From the NCBI GenBank assembly GCA_040386535.1, contig JAZKFH010000003.1:32001-96000 (forward strand): a stretch of DNA of 64,000 nt. Direction: 5' to 3'. Position numbers and translations under genes: made by a program. Positions within the stretch are counted from its first letter, which is position 1, and each line of letters begins with the position of its first letter. Source of the stretch: Myxococcota bacterium. GTDB lineage: Bacteria > Myxococcota_A > UBA796 > SXON01. Shown in pieces: positions 1-10,246 of the stretch. The notes under the pieces are model-generated. The model ran no database searches, was not told where the DNA came from, and saw only the letters and a list, made by a program, of their open reading frames with translations.

Positions 1-1
1 C

Positions 2-307
2 CGGTCGTTCCCCTACCTCGCCAATTGGCTCGGCTTCACCGTGCCGATCGCCATCGAGCCCAAGCCGGGCATCCCCCCGAGCCCGTCGCACGTGGCGCAG
101 GTGCTCCAGGTGGCGCAGGCGCGGTCCGTGCACCTCCTCCTCCAGGAGGTCTACTACCCCGCCGGGACCGCGGAGCTCATCGCCTCGAAGACCAGCGCGA
201 AGCTGGTGCGCCTGCCGGGCGGCGCCGACGTCGGCCAGACCTACACCGCGCGTATCGACGCGATGGTCAAGCTGATCGGCGGCAGCGTGTCGGGCGGGAC
301 ACAATGA
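2..307 (+). CDS. Metal (Zn/Mn) ABC transporter substrate-binding protein, C-terminal part (5' truncated by window)
   Basis: Open frame from base 2: RSFPYLANWLGF...IEPKPGIPPSPSH, typical of the ZnuA/TroA C-lobe; upstream of an ABC ATPase and permease. Confidence 0.85.
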   Translation, partial: RSFPYLANWLGFTVPIAIEPKPGIPPSPSHVAQVLQVAQARSVHLLLQEVYYPAGTAELIASKTSAKLVRLPGGADVGQTYTARIDAMVKLIGGSVSGGTQ

Positions 308-1089
308 CGCTGCTCCTCGTCCTCGCGGCGTGCACCTTCGCGCCCGGCCATGGCTTCGGCGCGCTCGACGAGGCCACGCTCGACGCGGCGTGGGTGCCGG
401 GCGAGGGCCGGGACCTCGGCGGAGACACCGTCCTGACCGACCTCGGGTACGAGGTGCACCTCGACACGTTCACGCTCGGGCTGGTCGACGCGCGCCTCCT
501 GGAGCTCTCCGGCGGCGGGCCCTCCACGTTCGACCCGGCGAACCCGCCCGAGGGCTACGGCTTGTGTCACGGGGGGCATTGCCACCGGGACGACGGTGCG
601 CTCATCGCCTACGCCGACATCGAGGCCGAGCTCGCGGGGAGCGACGCGAGCTTCGTCGCGGTCACGACGCTCCCCATCGACGCCGAGGTCGATCTGCTCG
701 CCGGGGCCTCGCTCGATCTATCGCCGCCCGACGCGGACCTTCCCGGCGCGGACGTGAGCAAGATCGAGGTGGGGCTGACCGGCTTCACCCTGGTCGGCAC
801 GGTGGCCGACCGCGACGGGTGGGCCGCGCCGTTCACCGTCACCCTCCCGACGGACGCCGCGTTGTCTGCCGGGCTGGAGCTCCCCCTCGACCGCGCGCAC
901 CCGCCCGCCATCTCGCTCGCCCTCGCCATCGAGCCCGGCGGCACCCTCTTCGACGGCCTCGACTTCGCGCTCCTCGCCGATGAGGACGGTGTCGTGCTCG
1001 ACGACATCGCCGATCCCGGCGCATCCTCCCTGCTCGCCGCGCTGCTCGCGGTCGAGCCCACGTCCCTCGTCACCCGTTCCCCCTGGTAG
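304..1089 (+). CDS. Lipoprotein with CHGGHCH metal-binding motif
   Basis: ATG overlaps the upstream stop (ATGA); signal MTLLLVLAAC; motif GYGLCHGGHCHRDDG. Confidence 0.75.
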   Translation: MTLLLVLAACTFAPGHGFGALDEATLDAAWVPGEGRDLGGDTVLTDLGYEVHLDTFTLGLVDARLLELSGGGPSTFDPANPPEGYGLCHGGHCHRDDGALIAYADIEAELAGSDASFVAVTTLPIDAEVDLLAGASLDLSPPDADLPGADVSKIEVGLTGFTLVGTVADRDGWAAPFTVTLPTDAALSAGLELPLDRAHPPAISLALAIEPGGTLFDGLDFALLADEDGVVLDDIADPGASSLLAALLAVEPTSLVTRSPW

Positions 1090-1097
1090 GAGACCCC

Positions 1098-1559
1098 ATG
1101 CTGCTGTTCCTCTCGTTGTTCGCCTGCGCCGGCTCGAAAGAGGTCGAAGATCCCTCCGCGCACGCGTGCGAGCACATCGCCGAGTCCGAAGCCACGCTCC
1201 CCGGCGGCAACTCGACGGGCAACGCCGTCGTCATCCCCATGGACGGCGAGCCCTACACCGTGACGCTGCAGGACTCGATCCCGTCGTACCTCTCGGTCCA
1301 GATCGACGCGGACACCCCCGCCCTCCTCTTCGCGGGCACCGCCGACGTCGTGTCGGGGCTCTACAACGGCGACGAGGCCGTGACGCTCCCCGAGCCCGCC
1401 CCGAACGCGGACTGCCCGGAGGACATCCCCGAACACTTCGATCTCGAATTCGACACGGTCGGCACCTGGTACATCCAGCTCGGCCCCGCCGCGGTCACCG
1501 AGGTCTGGCTCTCGCTCGCCCCGGCCGAGGGCCACGCCCACGACGAAGGCGAAGAGTGA
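1098..1559 (+). CDS. Small lipoprotein with His motifs (HACEH, C-terminal HAHDEGEE), putative metal chaperone
   Basis: RBS AGGAG, lipobox LFAC, acidic/His-rich, inside the metal ABC operon. Confidence 0.75.
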   Translation: MLLFLSLFACAGSKEVEDPSAHACEHIAESEATLPGGNSTGNAVVIPMDGEPYTVTLQDSIPSYLSVQIDADTPALLFAGTADVVSGLYNGDEAVTLPEPAPNADCPEDIPEHFDLEFDTVGTWYIQLGPAAVTEVWLSLAPAEGHAHDEGEE

Positions 1560-2266
1560 CCGACTCCCCGCTCGCATGTGAGGCGCTCGTCGTCGGCTAC
1601 GGCGGACGCGCGCTCCTCCCGCCCATCACGGTGGCGTTCGGGCGGGGCGAGTTCTGGGCCGTCGTCGGCCGCAACGGTTCTGGCAAGACGACGTGGTTCA
1701 AGACCATGCTCGGCCTGATGCGGCCGCTGTCGGGACAGGTGAGCGCCCAGGGCGCGCGGCTGTCCTACGTGCCCCAACGCACCGGGTACGACGATCTGTG
1801 GCCGGTGACCGCGGGCGACGTGGTCGCGATGGGGCTCGAACGGGGAGGCTCGTTCTTCCGACCCGGCCCGCGCCTTGGCGTGGCGGACGCGCTCGCTGCG
1901 GTCGGCGCCACGGAGCTCGGCGGGCGGCCCTTCCGCGCCTTGTCGGAGGGCCAGAAGCAGCGCGTGCTGCTGGCGCGCGTCGTAGCCTCCCGCGCGGACG
2001 TGGTGTTCCTCGACGAGCCCACGGCCGCGATGGACTCGGTCGCCGAGGAGGAGGCGCTCACGCTCCTCGATGACGTGCGCAAGCGCTTCGGCACCACCAT
2101 CGTCGTCGTGAGCCACTTTCTGGGTGTCGCCCGGGAGCACGCCGATCGCGTGCTGTTCGTGGACCGCCCCGCGCAGGCCGTGGTTGTCGGCACCCCCGAC
2201 GACGTGTTCACCCACCCCATCTTCCAGTCGCGCTACGGTCGGCTCGCGGAGCCCGCCCATGCCTGA
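1556..2266 (+). CDS. Metal ABC transporter ATP-binding protein (ZnuC-like)
   Basis: GTG overlapping the upstream stop; Walker A GRNGSGKT, YVPQ, signature LSEGQKQR, Walker B FLDEP, H-loop VSH. Confidence 0.9.
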   Translation: MTDSPLACEALVVGYGGRALLPPITVAFGRGEFWAVVGRNGSGKTTWFKTMLGLMRPLSGQVSAQGARLSYVPQRTGYDDLWPVTAGDVVAMGLERGGSFFRPGPRLGVADALAAVGATELGGRPFRALSEGQKQRVLLARVVASRADVVFLDEPTAAMDSVAEEEALTLLDDVRKRFGTTIVVVSHFLGVAREHADRVLFVDRPAQAVVVGTPDDVFTHPIFQSRYGRLAEPAHA

Positions 2267-3107
2267 GGCCACCCTCGGTTGGGCCGACTTCTTCGGCGCG
2301 TGGGAGATCTTCCGCGATCCCGTGCTGTGCGGGATCTTCGCGGGGGCGGCGCTGGGCGTGCTCGGCGTCTACATCGTGCTGCGGCGCGTGGTGTTCATGG
2401 CCGCGGTGCTGAGCCAGTCCGCGGGCCTCGGCGTGGCGCTCGCGTTCTGGGTCGGCATGCAGCTCGATCGCGACGTGGAGCCCATGCTCGGCGCCGTGCT
2501 GCTCTGCTTCGTCGCGACCCTGCTGGTGACCGTGCGGCCGGAGCGCGTGCACCTGTCCCGCGAGGCGCTCCTCGGGACCGCCTGGGTGGGCGCGGGGGCG
2601 GCCGCGCTGGTCGTCGGCGAGGCCATCAGCGTCGAGGCGCACGACATCAGCTCGATCCTCTTCGGATCGGCGGTGCTCGTGCGTCCCGTCGATCTCCAGC
2701 TCGTCACCGTGGCCGCCGCGCTGACGCTCGTGGCCCACGGCTGGTTGCGCCGGGGGCTGGTGTTCGCCGCCTTCGATCCCGACGTGGCGCGCGTACAGGG
2801 CCTCCCGGTGACCCGGCTGGACCTGGTGTTGTGGCTGGTCGTGGCGCTCACCGTGTCGGTCTCGACGCGGGCGCTCGGGGCGCTGCCGGTGTTCGCCCTC
2901 TCCGTGCTGCCCGCGCTCGCGGGGCTCCTGGCGACCTCCAGCCTGACGTGGGTGTTCCCGACCGCGCTCCTCGTGGGGATGTTGTCGGGCGGGCTCGGCT
3001 ACGTCCTGGCGTTCTTCGAGTCGTGGCCGGTCGGCGCGTCGCAGACGCTCGTGGCGCTGGGGTTCGTCGCGGTGGCGGGGGTGATGCGGATGTTGCGGCG
3101 GGGGTGA
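2259..3107 (+). CDS. Metal ABC transporter permease (ZnuB-like, ABC-3)
   Basis: Multiple TM helices; GVYIVLRR, ILFGS, FDPDVARVQG motifs. Confidence 0.9.
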   Translation: MPEATLGWADFFGAWEIFRDPVLCGIFAGAALGVLGVYIVLRRVVFMAAVLSQSAGLGVALAFWVGMQLDRDVEPMLGAVLLCFVATLLVTVRPERVHLSREALLGTAWVGAGAAALVVGEAISVEAHDISSILFGSAVLVRPVDLQLVTVAAALTLVAHGWLRRGLVFAAFDPDVARVQGLPVTRLDLVLWLVVALTVSVSTRALGALPVFALSVLPALAGLLATSSLTWVFPTALLVGMLSGGLGYVLAFFESWPVGASQTLVALGFVAVAGVMRMLRRG

Positions 3108-3111
3108 CCGG

Positions 3112-5067
3112 TCAGTCGCTCATCAGGTAGATGTTGGGCCGCACGTCGTCCTCCGGCGTGTTGCGCCAGTGCTTGAGCAGGATCTGGTACACCAGGATCC
3201 CCGTCTCGCCCTCGCCCCAGAGGAGGTAGCGGAAGGCCTGGTTCATCGGGTTCTCGCGGGTCAGGCCGAGCACGATGCTGATGGGATCGAGCTCCTCGGA
3301 GAGGTAGGCGATCGTGTTCGCCACGGCGACCGCGTTGTACACGGTGACCCGGTAGTCCTCGCCGAGGCGCTGCACCCGGAGTTGGACCGGCGTGTCGAAT
3401 TGGCTCCGGTCCTTGGCCAGCTCGACGTGCAGGAACGCAATCGGTCCTCTGAGCGCGTAGTGGCGCCGCAGACGCGCCTTCACGTGCGCGTACACGGTGT
3501 CGGCGTGCTTGATCGTGACGAAGTTGACCTTTCCGGGCCGCATCTCCGACCAGAGCTGCTTCGACTCCGGGTTCACGAACTCGAGGCGCTCCACGCGGAG
3601 CTCGGTGGCCCGCCGGAAGCGCGACACCCCGCCGAGCAGCACGATGGCGCCGATGAAGATCGAGGAGATGATGAGCCCGTCCGGGCGCTCGATCACGTTG
3701 TCGACGAGGGTGAAGGCGAACACCGCGGAGATGGCGGCGAACGGGAGCGCGCGCCACGGCGCGACCCGCTCGGCACGGGCCTCCTGCCGGAGCGCCAACG
3801 TCACGGCCACCGCGGCCGAGAGCATGAGCGCGAGCACGCCGGTGGCGTACGCGCCGCCCTGGGCCTCTACGTCCGCGTCGAACACCCAGGTGACGACGAC
3901 ATCGATCGCGAAGAGCAGCAGGATCAGCGGGCGCGAGTAGCTGACCCAGTGGGGTGCCATGCCGAACCGCGGGAGGTAGCGCGGGATGAGCGTCAGGAGC
4001 GCGGCCATGGCGGAGGCGCCCGCGAACCAGAGGATGAGGATGGTGGACGCGTCGTAGATCGTGCCGAACACGTCCCCGAAATACGTGTGGGCGAGCCACG
4101 CGAGCGCGCGTCCGGAGGCCTCGCCCCCCTCGCGCCACTCCGCCTCGGGGATGAGCACGGTCGTGGAGACGCTCGATCCGATGAGCAGGGCGCTCATGAT
4201 GAGCGCGGCGGCCGTGAGCATACGCTGGGTGGCCCGGATCCGGCCGGCGGGAGGCCCCTCGGGCGCGCCAGTAGGAACCGCAGGATCCGGAGGGGTGCCC
4301 TCCACCAGCGGCATCACGGTCACGCCGGTCTCGAAGCCGGACAGGCCCAATGCCAGCTTGGGGAAGGCGAAGATCGAGGCGACGACGAGCCCGGTCACGC
4401 TCCCCCGCAGCTCCAGGGCTCGCTCCCAATTCACCAGTGCCTCGGGGTGGTGCGCCACCTCCCAGAGCGCACGCCCGACGACCACCGCGTTGAGCAACAG
4501 ATACGGGACAGCAATCCATGTCGCCAGGCCGATCGCCTCGCGAAAGCCGACGAGGAAGACGAGGGCGAGCAGCGCGAGCATGCCGATGGTCAGCCCCATC
4601 TCGTGGCCGTGCAACCAATGCTCGAGAAAAGGATTCTCCACCGCGTGGGTCGCTGCGTCCGCCGCGGAGAGGGTCATCGTGATGACAAAGTCGGTGGTTG
4701 CGAATCCCAGCAGCGCCAGCACGAAGAGCTTGCCAGGCCACCCCGGGAGCAGGTTCTCCAACATCGAAATGGAGCCGTGGCCGAGGTACGAGCGCTTTGC
4801 AACCTCGCGGTAGATCGGCAAGGCGCCGAACAACGTGACGAGCACGAGCACCGTCGTGGCCAACGGCGCGATGGCGCCCGCGGCCAGCAGGGCGATGCCG
4901 GGTTGGTAGCCGAGCGTCGAGAAGTAGTCGACGCCGGTGAGCCACAACACGCGGTACCACGGCCACGCGGGGTGCGGCCCCTGGTGCCCTTCGCTGCCAT
5001 GGCGGAGCCAACGGCCCAGGTTCGAGTCGCTCGGCGCGGGTTCGGGTGAGGGATGGACGCTGTGCAT
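3112..5067 (-). CDS. APC-superfamily transporter (amino acid/K+ transporter-like) with cytoplasmic C-terminal domain
   Basis: LTGVDYFSTLGYQPG, FPKLALGLSGFETGV, GAYATGVL; ~12 TM helices. Confidence 0.8.
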   Translation of the reverse strand: MHSVHPSPEPAPSDSNLGRWLRHGSEGHQGPHPAWPWYRVLWLTGVDYFSTLGYQPGIALLAAGAIAPLATTVLVLVTLFGALPIYREVAKRSYLGHGSISMLENLLPGWPGKLFVLALLGFATTDFVITMTLSAADAATHAVENPFLEHWLHGHEMGLTIGMLALLALVFLVGFREAIGLATWIAVPYLLLNAVVVGRALWEVAHHPEALVNWERALELRGSVTGLVVASIFAFPKLALGLSGFETGVTVMPLVEGTPPDPAVPTGAPEGPPAGRIRATQRMLTAAALIMSALLIGSSVSTTVLIPEAEWREGGEASGRALAWLAHTYFGDVFGTIYDASTILILWFAGASAMAALLTLIPRYLPRFGMAPHWVSYSRPLILLLFAIDVVVTWVFDADVEAQGGAYATGVLALMLSAAVAVTLALRQEARAERVAPWRALPFAAISAVFAFTLVDNVIERPDGLIISSIFIGAIVLLGGVSRFRRATELRVERLEFVNPESKQLWSEMRPGKVNFVTIKHADTVYAHVKARLRRHYALRGPIAFLHVELAKDRSQFDTPVQLRVQRLGEDYRVTVYNAVAVANTIAYLSEELDPISIVLGLTRENPMNQAFRYLLWGEGETGILVYQILLKHWRNTPEDDVRPNIYLMSD

Positions 5068-5133
5068 GGCGCGACGGCTAACGTGCGCCCCCAGGGGGCG
5101 CCTCGTGTATAAATCCGTTGAAACGCCGGCTTA

Positions 5134-5167
5134 TTGCATCCTGCAAGCATCGGATTGCAGATTGCAA
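5134..5167. promoter_or_regulatory. Pair of palindromic TTGCA-N3-TGCAA sites, probable binding sites of the adjacent NtrC/AlgB-type regulator
   Basis: TTGCATCCTGCAA at 5134-5146 and TTGCAGATTGCAA at 5155-5167, 21 bp apart, upstream of the transporter start. Confidence 0.6.
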
Positions 5168-5210
5168 GACCCTCGACGGTCCCCCCGGGCGTTTCGACGC
5201 CCGGCCCCGG

Positions 5211-7031
5211 TCACTCGGACGGCACCTCGATCCAGAAACGCGCGCCTCCGCCCTCTGCGTCGGTGACACCCAACCGACCGCCGTGCGCCAAGGCCACCTC
5301 GCGCGCGATGTACAGGCCGAGGCCCACCCCCGCGCCCGCCTCCGCGGCACCTCGCACGAAGGGGTCGAAGATGCGGTCCCGCTCGGCCAGGGGCACGCCC
5401 GGTCCCGCGTCGTCCACTTCGAACCGCGGGCCGGCGGCCCCCCGCGCCGCGCGCAAGCACACTGTCGTGCCGGCGGGGGCGTGGCGGACCGCGTTGGTCG
5501 CGAGGTTGGTCAACGCGACCAACATCCGGGGCGGATCGACCGACACGGGCGAGAGCTCGGGTGACACACGCACCGCCAGCTCCACCCCAGCGGCGTCCGC
5601 GATGGCACGAACGGCATCCCGGACCTCTGTCAACAACGCGGCGGGCGACACGAGCTCCCGGTGCAACACCACCCTTCCCTCCTGGATCCGGGACAGATCC
5701 AACAGGTCCTCGACCAGGGCGCGGAGCCGCTGGACGTCCTCTCGCGCGGCCGCCAGGAACTCGCCGAGCTTGCCGCCGAGCGGCCCGCTCACCCGCTCGT
5801 CCAGCGCGAGGTGCAGCGCCATGCCGAGCGACGTGAGCGGCGTGCGCAGCTCGTGCGCCACGGTCTGGATGAGGTTGCCCTTGAGCTGGTCGAGGCGGCG
5901 GAGGCGGCTCACGTCCTGGAGCAGCACGGTGACCCCCACGAGCTCGCTGGTGACGGTGTCGTTGATGGGGGTGGCGTGGGGGAGCAGCGCGCGCTCGCCC
6001 TCCGGCGTGTCGATCACCACGACCCCCGAGAAGTCGGCCGGGATCACCGGCCGCCCCTGGGCCACGACGGCCAGCCGTGCACGCTCGACCGCCGCGTGAA
6101 GCTCCGGCTCCAAGCCGTCGAGGCGGCGCGTCCGCGTGTCGATCGCGAGCAGGCGCCGCGCCGCGCCGTTCGACGCCCGCAGCTCGCCGCGCAGGGTCAG
6201 GACCAGCACCGGATCCGCGAGGCTCTCGATCGCCGCCTGGGCGGATTCACGTGCCCGGGCGAGCTCGCTGTCACTCGCCTTCCTGTACAGGCGGAGCCGG
6301 CCCGCCATGGTGTTGAAGGCGTCGGCGAGCGTGTCGAGCTCCTGCACCCGTGTGTGGGGGAGGTGGATGTCGAGCTGCCCCTCGCCGACACGTTCGGCGC
6401 TCTCGGAGAGCGCCCGGAGCGGCACCGCGAGCCGATGGGACAACAGGCCGCCCAACGCGGCGGCGCCCGTCAAGCCCGCGAGCGCCCACACCAGCCAGGT
6501 CCGACGCGCGTCCAACGCGCTCGCGGCGGCCTCGTCGCCCTTGCGCACCATCGCGTCCTGGTTCAGCACCAGCACCCGGTCGGCGCCGTCCTTCACGTCC
6601 TCGAAGGCGGGCAGGAGGCGGTCGAAGTAGATCGCCCGGGCCGCTTCGGGGGGCGCCGCGCCGAAGGCCTCGTGCACCGCCTGAAATTGCGTCCAGGCGT
6701 CCCTCAGCGCCGCCGTCGACTCGGCCTCCCCGGGCTCGGTGACGTTCGCCTCCTGCACGACGAGCTCGGCTTCGAAGGCCGGTTCGTGTTCGGCGATCAG
6801 CACGTCCGCCCGCTCCGGGCTGCCCACGACTCGGAACAGGGCGGCGGAGTCGAGCCGCTCGATCGACTCCTTCATCCGCTCGGCGGCGAGCACGGAGCGA
6901 TAATTCTGCGCCAGGATCCGCTGGCCCTCGGCGCCGACGCGCTCCACGCTGCGCCCGCCCCACACCACCAGCGCGAGGATGACCAGGAGCGCCGGGAGCT
7001 GGGCGAACAGGATCCGGTAGTGGAGCCTCAA
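5211..7031 (-). CDS. Sensor histidine kinase, KinB-like (TM, 4-helix sensor, HAMP, PAS-like, HisKA, HATPase)
   Basis: VAHELRTPLTS H-box, NLATNA N-box, DAGPG, GVGLGL; TTG start overlapping the regulator stop (alternative GTG at 7043). Confidence 0.9.
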   Translation of the reverse strand: MRLHYRILFAQLPALLVILALVVWGGRSVERVGAEGQRILAQNYRSVLAAERMKESIERLDSAALFRVVGSPERADVLIAEHEPAFEAELVVQEANVTEPGEAESTAALRDAWTQFQAVHEAFGAAPPEAARAIYFDRLLPAFEDVKDGADRVLVLNQDAMVRKGDEAAASALDARRTWLVWALAGLTGAAALGGLLSHRLAVPLRALSESAERVGEGQLDIHLPHTRVQELDTLADAFNTMAGRLRLYRKASDSELARARESAQAAIESLADPVLVLTLRGELRASNGAARRLLAIDTRTRRLDGLEPELHAAVERARLAVVAQGRPVIPADFSGVVVIDTPEGERALLPHATPINDTVTSELVGVTVLLQDVSRLRRLDQLKGNLIQTVAHELRTPLTSLGMALHLALDERVSGPLGGKLGEFLAAAREDVQRLRALVEDLLDLSRIQEGRVVLHRELVSPAALLTEVRDAVRAIADAAGVELAVRVSPELSPVSVDPPRMLVALTNLATNAVRHAPAGTTVCLRAARGAAGPRFEVDDAGPGVPLAERDRIFDPFVRGAAEAGAGVGLGLYIAREVALAHGGRLGVTDAEGGGARFWIEVPSE

Positions 7032-8362
7032 TCCCCGTCCCACCGCTTGCGCTTGCGCCAGAGCGTGGCGGGGTCGATGCCGAGCACCCGCGCCGCCTCC
7101 TCCGGGCGGCCGTGCCGGGCGAGCACGCGGAGGATGTGCTCCCGCTCGATCGTCTCGAGGGGAACGTCGGCTCCCAGGACGGACGCGCCGTCGGACGGCG
7201 GGATCGCGCCCGGCAACAGCCGCGCGTCCAGCACGTTCCCCGTCGAGAGGATGACGGCGCGCTCTACGGCATTGCGGAGCTCGCGCAGGTTTCCCGGCCA
7301 GAGGTGCGCCAGGAGCCTCGGGAGCACGTCGTCGGCGAAGCGGAGCGCCGGGCCCTTCTGCGCCCGCGCGAAGTGGGCGAGGTAGCCTGTCGCGAGGCGC
7401 GGGATGTCTTCCTTGCGGTCGCGCAGGGGCGGCAACGTCAGCTCGATGACGTTGAGCCGGTAGAGGAGATCCTCCCGGAAGCGGCCCGCGCGCACCTCGT
7501 CCTCGAGCACCCGGTTGGTGGCCGCGAGGATGCGCACGTTCGCGGTCCGGGTCCGCGTGTCGCCCACCCGCTCGAACTGGTGATCCTGGAGGAACCGGAG
7601 GAGCCGCGCCTGCACGGCGGGGGAGATCTCCCCCACCTCGTCGAGGAACAGGGTCCCGCCCTCGGCGGCCTCCACGCGGCCCTGGGCGTCCTTCACCGCG
7701 CCCGTGAACGCCCCGCGCACGTGGCCGAACAGCTCCGCCGCGAGCAGCTCCTCGGAGAGCGTCGGGCAGTTGACGACCGCGAACGGCCCGCTCGCGCGGG
7801 GGCTGTGCGCGTGGATGAACCGCGCCAGCACGCCCTTTCCGGTGCCGCTCTCTCCGCGGAGCAGCACGGGGGCCTCGGCGCCCGCCACCCGGCGCGCCAG
7901 GTCGAGGACGCCCTGCATCACCGGGCTCTCTGTCGTGAAGTCGGCCTCCGGCACCTCGCGCAGGCGGTCTTCGAGCTCGGAGATGCGCTGCCGCAGGCCC
8001 CGTTCGCGCGCGATCTCGTCGAGAATCGCGCGGATCTGGTCCGGCTCGAAGGGCTTGGGGAGGTAGTCCCGGGCACCACGCCGCATCGCCTCCACCGCGG
8101 TGGGGATCGTCGCGAACGCCGTCATCAGCACGACCTGCAGATCGGGCGCGACGTCGAGCAGGCGCGGAAGCAGATCCAGCCCGGAGACCGTGCCGAGCTT
8201 CAGATCGAGCAACGCAACGTCGAACGTGTGCGCGCGGAGCGCCGCGAGGGCCTCGGGCGCGGTGGCCGCGGCCTGGGATCGGTGGCCCATGGATTGGACG
8301 AGCGCGGGGAGCGTAAGCCGGATGTTGCGTTCGTCGTCGATGACCAGGACTCGCAGGGACAT
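7028..8362 (-). CDS. Sigma54-dependent response regulator, AlgB/NtrC-like
   Basis: REC (VLVIDD, LLD), [28 protein letters not shown], Fis [14 protein letters not shown]. Confidence 0.92.
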   Translation of the reverse strand: MSLRVLVIDDERNIRLTLPALVQSMGHRSQAAATAPEALAALRAHTFDVALLDLKLGTVSGLDLLPRLLDVAPDLQVVLMTAFATIPTAVEAMRRGARDYLPKPFEPDQIRAILDEIARERGLRQRISELEDRLREVPEADFTTESPVMQGVLDLARRVAGAEAPVLLRGESGTGKGVLARFIHAHSPRASGPFAVVNCPTLSEELLAAELFGHVRGAFTGAVKDAQGRVEAAEGGTLFLDEVGEISPAVQARLLRFLQDHQFERVGDTRTRTANVRILAATNRVLEDEVRAGRFREDLLYRLNVIELTLPPLRDRKEDIPRLATGYLAHFARAQKGPALRFADDVLPRLLAHLWPGNLRELRNAVERAVILSTGNVLDARLLPGAIPPSDGASVLGADVPLETIEREHILRVLARHGRPEEAARVLGIDPATLWRKRKRWDGD

Positions 8363-8414
8363 CCCGGACTCATAGCCCGAGCAGGGCCGGTAAGATCCGT
8401 GTAATCTCCCCGCC

Positions 8415-9695
8415 ATGAAGCCCGTGCTGCCCGTCCTGGCCCTCCTGTTCGTCGGCTGCGACTCGTCCATCATCCGCACCGTCTCGGACACCGGCGGCCA
8501 GGGTGATCTCGACACCGACCCCGAGACCGAGACCGACTCGGTCGAGATCATCGACGGCAACGGGGACACCGGCGACACCGAGCCCGAGGAGCAGGACGAC
8601 GACGCGATCTACGCCGCCTTCTTCGACCCCACCGTCATCCAGACGGTCGACATCGTGTTGTCCGACCGTGCCATCCGCCAGCTGAATTGGGGCACCGAAG
8701 GCTACGTGCAGGGGGACGCGACGATCAACGGCGTCTTCTTCCCCGACATCGGGGTGCGGCTGAAGGGATCGAGCACCTACCAGGATCTCGACTGCGACGA
8801 TGGCGTCTGCAAGGCGGCGTTCAAGCTCAAGCTCAACGAGTTCGTCGTCGACCAACGCTACGGGGACCTCGAGCGCATCACGCTCAACAACATGTCCTCG
8901 GACTACACCCAATCGAAGGAGGTCATCGTGTACGACCTCCTCAACCGCCAGACCCAGCTCGCGTCGCGTTGCAGCTACGCCCGGGTGACGCTCAACGGCG
9001 AGGCGTGGGGGCTGTACGCCAACCTCGAGAGCGCCGACGATCGCTGGGTGCGGCGCCGCTTCCCCGACGCGACGGGCAACCTCTGGGGCACCGCGAACTA
9101 CTACGGCGACTTCTACTCGCAGTATCTCGACACCGGATGGGTCTCCAAGAGCGGCGACGGCAGCACGGCAACCCTCGAGGCCATCACCGCGGCGCTCGAC
9201 ACCTACCAGGGGGACTTCTTCGGTGAGCTCGGCCCGCTCGTCAACGTCGACCAATGGCTCGAGTATTGGGCGTGGTGCGTCGCGACCGGAAATTACGACG
9301 GGTACCCCTTCACCCTGAACGACGTGCTCATCTACGCGAATCCGGCTGACGGCAACCGCATCAACTTCGCGCCCTGGGGCACCGACGAGTCGTGGGACGA
9401 GTACGAGTACTCCGGCCGCACCTGGAACGTCATCGGGGGCCGCCTCGGCGCCGCGTGCCTGTACGACGAGGCCTGCGTGACCGAGCTCAAGACCCGCATC
9501 GGCGAGGCGGTGGACGCATACGACGCGATCGACGTGGCGGGCATCGCCCAGGCCGCCTGGGACCTCTCCGAGGAGGACGTTGCGACCGATCCCAAGCGCG
9601 CGTTCGCGCCCGCCGACGTTTGGTACTACCGGGACTACTACGAGGGCGTGATGCCCGGCTACGGCGACTACGTGCGGCGCACGGTCGGGATCTGA
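8415..9695 (+). CDS. CotH kinase family lipoprotein
   Basis: Lipobox FVGC; GVRLKGSST, ITLNN, GLYANLE, NYDGY, PWGTD. Confidence 0.85.
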   Translation: MKPVLPVLALLFVGCDSSIIRTVSDTGGQGDLDTDPETETDSVEIIDGNGDTGDTEPEEQDDDAIYAAFFDPTVIQTVDIVLSDRAIRQLNWGTEGYVQGDATINGVFFPDIGVRLKGSSTYQDLDCDDGVCKAAFKLKLNEFVVDQRYGDLERITLNNMSSDYTQSKEVIVYDLLNRQTQLASRCSYARVTLNGEAWGLYANLESADDRWVRRRFPDATGNLWGTANYYGDFYSQYLDTGWVSKSGDGSTATLEAITAALDTYQGDFFGELGPLVNVDQWLEYWAWCVATGNYDGYPFTLNDVLIYANPADGNRINFAPWGTDESWDEYEYSGRTWNVIGGRLGAACLYDEACVTELKTRIGEAVDAYDAIDVAGIAQAAWDLSEEDVATDPKRAFAPADVWYYRDYYEGVMPGYGDYVRRTVGI

Positions 9696-9796
9696 AGGGC
9701 GCACGGGCGCGGCGCCCCGCACGAAATCTCGGACGAACTTGGGGCCGAGGCTCGCCGGTGGTCCTCTTCATTCCTACCTCCTCTCCGGGAGGTGCC

Positions 9797-10195
9797 ATGG
9801 CGGAAGAACGAGTCGGCGGAGCGAAGAGCAAGGGCAAGGCGGAGGGGGTCAAGGCCGACAAGGCGACGAAGACGGCCGCCCCGAAGGCCGCTGCCGGGGC
9901 CCGGAAGGCCACGGGGACGAAGACCGCGAAGGACGCGGACGGTGGCCCGGTGCGTGGTGGGCTGGCCCAGACGGTGACGCCCGACGCGGCGCTGGCGAAG
10001 GTTATCGGGGGAGACCCGGCGACACGCGCCGAGATCACCAAGCGCATCTGGGAGTACGTCCGAAAGAACGCGCTCCAGGACAAGAAGGACGGGCGTGTCA
10101 TCCACGCGGACGAGCAGCTCAAGCCGGTGTTCGGCGGCAAGGAGCAGGTCACCATGTTCGAGATGACGAAGCTGGTCAACCAACACGTGGCGTAG
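9797..10195 (+). CDS. SWIB/MDM2 domain protein with Lys/Ala-rich N-terminal tail
   Basis: RBS GGAGG; RAEITKRIWEYVRKNALQD...IHADEQLKPVFGG...MFEMTKLVNQH. Confidence 0.88.
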   Translation: MAEERVGGAKSKGKAEGVKADKATKTAAPKAAAGARKATGTKTAKDADGGPVRGGLAQTVTPDAALAKVIGGDPATRAEITKRIWEYVRKNALQDKKDGRVIHADEQLKPVFGGKEQVTMFEMTKLVNQHVA

Positions 10196-10246
10196 CCACG
10201 CCAGGGCGGCGGCGGTCGAGGCGGCGGCGCTTCGACCCGCCGCCGA

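Noticed and set aside
5068..5210. c-di-AMP (ydaO) riboswitch upstream of the KimA-like transporter
   Set aside because: The leader is short and lacks recognisable ydaO consensus; protein-binding palindromes explain it better.
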